Positions 61,249-64,000 of a stretch of DNA of 64,000 bases are shown one piece after another. Where the stretch lies: the NCBI GenBank assembly GCA_951406725.2, contig OX597816.1, positions 143,406,001 to 143,470,000 of the forward strand. The letters are read 5' to 3'. This DNA comes from Octopus vulgaris. Taxonomy: Eukaryota. The notes under the pieces were generated by a model that was not told where the DNA came from, did not search any database, and saw only the letters and a program-made list of their open reading frames with translations. Positions within the stretch are counted from its first letter, which is position 1; each line of letters begins with the position of its first letter. The position numbers and the translations under genes were made by a program.

Positions 61249-62706
61249 TTAAAGGAAAGGAGACAGCAATTCTCCTTGACTGAGAAGAGAGACAAATTAG
61301 TTAATATGATAACATGAACATAGTGTGATATCTTATACACTCAGTACTTAACCTTCCACTTGTTAAACATAGGAGGATTTTAAAAAAGATTAGTAGAACC
61401 AGAGACAGAAACTGAACCAAAATGGTTACATAAAGTGATAAAAATTAACTTGTGCTAAGAGCATAAGTCATTTTCATAAGAAGGAAATAGCAATTAAAGA
61501 AAATATATATAACAAGCAACGGTTGCTGTACTAGTATAAAAAGAGATTGAGAAGAAACAGTGTCTGTGAGCAGGTAGTTGTAGTATGCTGCATGATGCCA
61601 TATACGAGTAAATGTAAATGGGTTTTACTCAAACTTTACAGATCTGCTGTTTAGAAGTATGGTGTAATGGTGAATAACATGATAATTCTTCGTTCAATGT
61701 TTAAACTGTATTATGTATTTAAGAGCAAGCTTATTTTATTATTTTTTTCTGTGCCATTCCCTACTCTTTCCAACTTTACCAGATCAGTTTTGAGAACATA
61801 ATTTCTGTCTAATTGTTGCAACATGCAGCTTATATGACTTTTATAAGACCCCCTCCTTCGATTTGCCTTAGGTTAAGGCTTCTTCAGTGGTAATGCAAAG
61901 ATAATACATGTACCATGACATCTTTATTGCAGACAGTACTACGGACTTTTATCAGTTTAGTTTTGTATTTTTGCTGGATTGTTTCAATTGGATTTACAAA
62001 AGCAAACTTCGACAAGACAAGTCAATGGGCCGTTCGATCTAATGGAAATACTAGACAAAGCTCCATCAAACCACATCCTAATCTTAGAAAATAATACATT
62101 AAATAATGTAGCCCGGAATACATTACGCGATGGTCATGGCTGGAAAGCTGTTGATCATACACGTCTGTTCGAGTAGGGCTGAACATCTAAGACAACTAAA
62201 AACAAAATTTAATAAACAGAAAAAGCGGTCAGTGGTAATAAAGTTTCTCTGGCATAAGAAAGGCTATTCAGTATTGCTTCTATGTAAATAGATACAAAGA
62301 GTGGCTAATATATATTTTAGCGTCGTAAAATCTTCAGGGCTAATTTTCAAGAATTTTTCGGCCAGAACCTCAACATGTTTTCGATGACTTTCTGCTTCTC
62401 CAAACAACCCTTGCGTCCCTTTTAATATCAAATTATTCTTGTATTTTAACTCAATGAGTTTATATATTTTTAAGTGAAAGTGCGAATTAACACCATTCAA
62501 GATTTTCCCAAAAACATTGGCAACATAAGAAAAACAATACTTCTTTACCCATGTCGTCAAATCAGCTGGACGTTTTACAACGTGTCTGCTTAGAAGTATT
62601 TCTTTTTTTGTTACTGATGCTTTTTTTTTTCTTAGAGTATTTTTTAAAGAGAAAAAGTACTCAGCCAAACGGTTGTAAATCAAAATAATTTTGAGAATGA
62701 AATTAC

Positions 62707-62770
62707 CTGCTTGGTGAATATATTTTACTGCGCTGAAATGGATTCGAGAATCTGTTTCACTTTCCGCCAT
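62707..62770 (-). CDS. CCNQ: Cyclin Q (FAM58/cyclin M) exon 1
   Basis: MAESETDSRIHFSAVKYIHQA(G)|gtaatt; matches RVHFRVARFIMEAG. The six exons total 693 nt (230 aa plus stop) with consistent phases. The start codon sits in a YY1-type AAAATGGCGG. Confidence 0.93.
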
Positions 62771-63504
62771 TTTTGTCGTTATTTTGAATAAATGTGTTAT
62801 CTATAGTTTAGTAGAAAATCTAATGTATATCATTAGCTATAAATGATTTTTAGAAATGTAATAAAAATAGGAAATCAATAAATATTTAAATACAGTAAAG
62901 TATTATATTATTTTGATTTGTCAAAACTTTACTTCTTAATTGTGCTCGTAACCTTCTGCAATTAAGAAATTATCTTTCTTTAAATTTAGATTTTTCTTTA
63001 AATTAAGTTTACATATGTTACTTATTTTCATATAAGTAAGATGTGGTTTATTTTGATGCTGCAGTAATTTAATAAAACAGAGTAGTTTTAGAATATTTGA
63101 TTATGCTAAAAAAACTTCTATTAAAAACAAATCTGAATTATTTTGGTACATTTGAAGGGAGGCAATTCCTATTTTATTTGAATGATTTCTCGTTGCAGAG
63201 TTATCGGAATTCCCAATTCTAACACGAAACGAAACAAAACAAAATCAAATCATTAGTGCATACATTTTAGATAAGAAGAAATGTAACGGAAGGAAATTAC
63301 TCAGTGACACCACCTGCATACTAACGATAGAGAAATAGTAATAATATTTTAATGCAGTGAACTTTAAAAAGTTAACTAGATATAGTTAGTATTGGTTTCT
63401 GTTTTTCGTCACAAGGCCATCAATTTCGGGTGGGGGTGAGGAAAGTCCATTACATCGATCCCAGTAATCAACTGGAGTTTATTTTATCGACCTCAAAAGG
63501 ATAT

Positions 63505-63806
<302 letters not shown>

Positions 63807-64000
63807 TATTCTTATATAAGAATAATAAGTTTGTACTTTACTAAAGTATTGAGTAACCCATCAGATTAATGTAAAATTGTTTTTAATCATAACTGAACAT
63901 AAAAAAAGCATTAATCCATGTATCTATCTATTTATCTATCTGTCTGTCTATCTGCATAAACAAGCAGTCAACAAGTATCAAGTCAGTTTACTGTATATTT

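Noticed and set aside
62264-62770. 168-aa ORF as a single-exon gene
   Set aside because: Only the first 21 codons match cyclin Q. A GTAATT donor at 62706 leads in phase to exon 2, and the rest is intron read-through.

Overview
AT-rich, repeat-dense animal genomic DNA. The SINE, RTE and microsatellite repertoire looks like Octopus or another coleoid cephalopod; this is an inference, not a database result. Three spliced host genes can be reconstructed from GT-AG boundaries and protein recognition: the last coding exon of MRPS14 (+, 245-427), a 14-exon POC1 centriolar WD40 gene (+, ~19950-44955, ~465 aa; exon 1 tentative) and a complete 6-exon cyclin Q gene (CCNQ/FAM58; -, 62770-51618, 230 aa). 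The rest is mostly decayed mobile DNA: four mariners, a hAT fossil, many RTE-clade LINE fragments, tRNA-type SINEs, MITEs, a TTAGGG-like tract and microsatellites. The most unusual signal is five type-I hammerhead-ribozyme-like motifs in four unrelated short elements with Penelope-like or retrozyme-like architecture. One of these, a ~350-380-nt hammerhead tandem repeat, is interrupted just upstream of its ribozyme by a head-to-tail pair of gag-like zinc-knuckle, RT-less elements flanked by a perfect 13-bp direct repeat. This suggests a possibly site-specific element that parasitises a ribozyme retroelement. Most ORFs in the supplied track are TE fragments or spurious.
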